A program made the translations under genes and the position numbers. Positions 62,071-64,000 of a stretch of 64,000 bases of DNA are shown one piece after another (positions within the stretch are counted from its first letter, which is position 1; each line of letters opens with the position of its first letter). The notes under the pieces were generated by a model. That model saw only the letters and a program-made list of their open reading frames with translations. It was not told where the DNA came from and searched no databases. The stretch is taken from the NCBI GenBank assembly GCA_965603825.1, contig CBFDEM010000028.1:620395-684394 (forward strand), in the 5' to 3' direction. Source of the DNA: Blepharisma stoltei ATCC 30299. Its lineage: Eukaryota; Protista; Ciliophora.

Positions 62071-64000
62071 GGTGTTAGGGTGTTAGGGTGTTAGGGTGTT
62101 AGGGTGTTAGGGTGTTAGGGTGTTAGGGTGTTAGGGTGTTAGGGTGTTAGGGTGTTAGGGTGTTAGGGTGTTAGGGTGTTAGGGTGTTAGGGTGTTAGGG
62201 TGTTAGGGTGTTAGGGTGTTAGGGTGTTAGGGTGTTAGGGTGTTAGGGTGTTAGGGTGTTAGGGTGTTAGGGTGTTAGGGTGTTAGGGTGTTAGGGTGTT
62301 AGGGTGTTAGGGTGTTAGGGTGTTAGGGTGTTAGGGTGTTAGGGTGTTAGGGTGTTAGGGTGTTAGGGTGTTAGGGTGTTAGGGTGTTAGGGTGTTAGGG
62401 TGTTAGGGTGTTAGGGTGTTAGGGTGTTAGGGTGTTAGGGTGTTAGGGTGTTAGGGTGTTAGGGTGTTAGGGTGTTAGGGTGTTAGGGTGTTAGGGTGTT
62501 AGGGTGTTAGGGTGTTAGGGTGTTAGGGTGTTAGGGTGTTAGGGTGTTAGGGTGTTAGGGTGTTAGGGTGTTAGGGTGTTAGGGTGTTAGGGTGTTAGGG
62601 TGTTAGGGTGTTAGGGTGTTAGGGTGTTAGGGTGTTAGGGTGTTAGGGTGTTAGGGTGTTAGGGTGTTAGGGTGTTAGGGTGTTAGGGTGTTAGGGTGTT
62701 AGGGTGTTAGGGTGTTAGGGTGTTAGGGTGTTAGGGTGTTAGGGTGTTAGGGTGTTAGGGTGTTAGGGTGTTAGGGTGTTAGGGTGTTAGGGTGTTAGGG
62801 TGTTAGGGTGTTAGGGTGTTAGGGTGTTAGGGTGTTAGGGTGTTAGGGTGTTAGGGTGTTAGGGTGTTAGGGTGTTAGGGTGTTAGGGTGTTAGGGTGTT
62901 AGGGTGTTAGGGTGTTAGGGTGTTAGGGTGTTAGGGTGTTAGGGTGTTAGGGTGTTAGGGTGTTAGGTGTTAGGGTGTTAGGGTGTTAGGGTGTTAGGGT
63001 GTTAGGGTGTTAGGGTGTTAGGGTGTTAGGGTGTTAGGGTGTTAGGGTGTTAGGGTGTTAGGGTGTTAGGGTGTTAGGGGTGTTAGGGTGTTAGGGTGTT
63101 AGGGTGTTAGGGTGTTAGGGTGTTAGGGTGTTAGGGTGTTAGGGTGTTAGGGTGTTAGGGTGTTAGGGTGTTAGGGTGTTAGGGTGTTAGGGTGTTAGGG
63201 TGTTAGGGTGTTAGGGTGTTAGGGTGTTAGGGTGTTAGGGTGTTAGGGTGTTAGGGTGTTAGGGTGTTAGGGTGTTAGGGTGTTAGGGTGTTAGGGTGTT
63301 AGGGTGTTAGGGTGTTAGGGTGTTAGGGTGTTAGGGTGTTAGGGTGTTAGGGTGTTAGGGTGTTAGGGTGTTAGGGTGTTAGGGTGTTAGGGTGTTAGGG
63401 TGTTAGGGTGTTAGGGGTGTTAGGGTGTTAGGGTGGTTAGGGTGTTAGGGTGTTAGGGTGTTAGGGTGTTAGGGTGTTAGGGGTTGGGTGTTAGGGTGTT
63501 AGGGTGTTAGGGTGTTAGGGTGTTAGGGTGTTAGGGTGTTAGGGTGTTAGGGTGTTAGGGTGTTAGGGTGTTAGGGTGTTAGGGTGTTAGGGTGTTAGGG
63601 TGTTAGGGTGTTAGGGTGTTAGGGTGTTAGGGTGTTAGGGTGTTAGGGTGTTAGGGTGTTAGGGTGTTAGGGTGTTAGGGTGTTAGGGTGTTAGGGTGTT
63701 AGGGTGTTAGGGTGTTAGGGTGTTAGGGTGTTAGGGTGTTAGGGTGTTTGGGTGTTAGGGTGTTAGGGTGTTAGGGTGTTAGGGTGTTAGGGGTGTTAGG
63801 GTGTTAGGGTGTTAGGGTGTTAGGGTGTTAGGGTGTTAGGGTGTTAGGGTGTTAGGGTGTTAGGGTGTTAGGGTGTTAGGGTGTTAGGGTGTTAGGGTGT
63901 TAGGGTGTTAGGGTGTGGGGTGTTAGGGTGTTAGGGTGTTAGGGTGTTAGGGTGTTAGGGGTGGGTGTTAGGGTGTAGGGTGTTAGGGTGTTAGGGTGTT
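62071..64000 (+). repeat. Telomere (TGTTAGGG)n, ~240 units, G-rich strand running 5'->3' to the chromosome end
   Basis: Direct 8-bp tandem repeat; reverse complement CCCTAACA is the heterotrich (Stentor/Blepharisma) telomere unit. Confidence 0.99.

Noticed and set aside
62071-64000. CRISPR array or satellite
   Set aside because: Spacer-less terminal 8-mer matching the heterotrich telomere.

Overview
This is the end of a macronuclear chromosome from a heterotrich ciliate, most consistent with Blepharisma. Three lines of evidence support this: (i) a terminal (TGTTAGGG)n = (CCCTAACA)n telomere from 62071 to the window end; (ii) UGA read as Trp, so the supplied ORF track is fragmented and its pieces join in frame across TGA; (iii) six 15-16 nt GT..AG introns. 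Re-translated, the window holds about 21 intact genes. These are a tandem DUF229-like pair, PET191/COA5, a claudin-like protein, ZNHIT1/SWC6, a GH31 glucosidase, RPN10, INTS9, eL29 (missing from the ORF track), two RING/B-box proteins (one with Kelch repeats), a SHIPPO-repeat protein, a TRAF-type zinc finger, a long coiled-coil protein and several unknowns. Half of the window (29.3-60.7 kb) is two tandem, apparently intronless giant genes (~4470 and ~5782 aa). Each encodes a polycystin-1-like receptor: signal peptide, 8 or 12 LamG/ConA-like domains alternating with furin-like Cys-rich repeats in a 4-domain ~1,410-aa super-repeat, an EGF-like stalk, REJ, GAIN/GPS and about 5 TM helices, with no PLAT domain and no channel domain. 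A decayed TPR gene lies just inside the telomere. All family calls come from motif recognition by eye, not from database searches.
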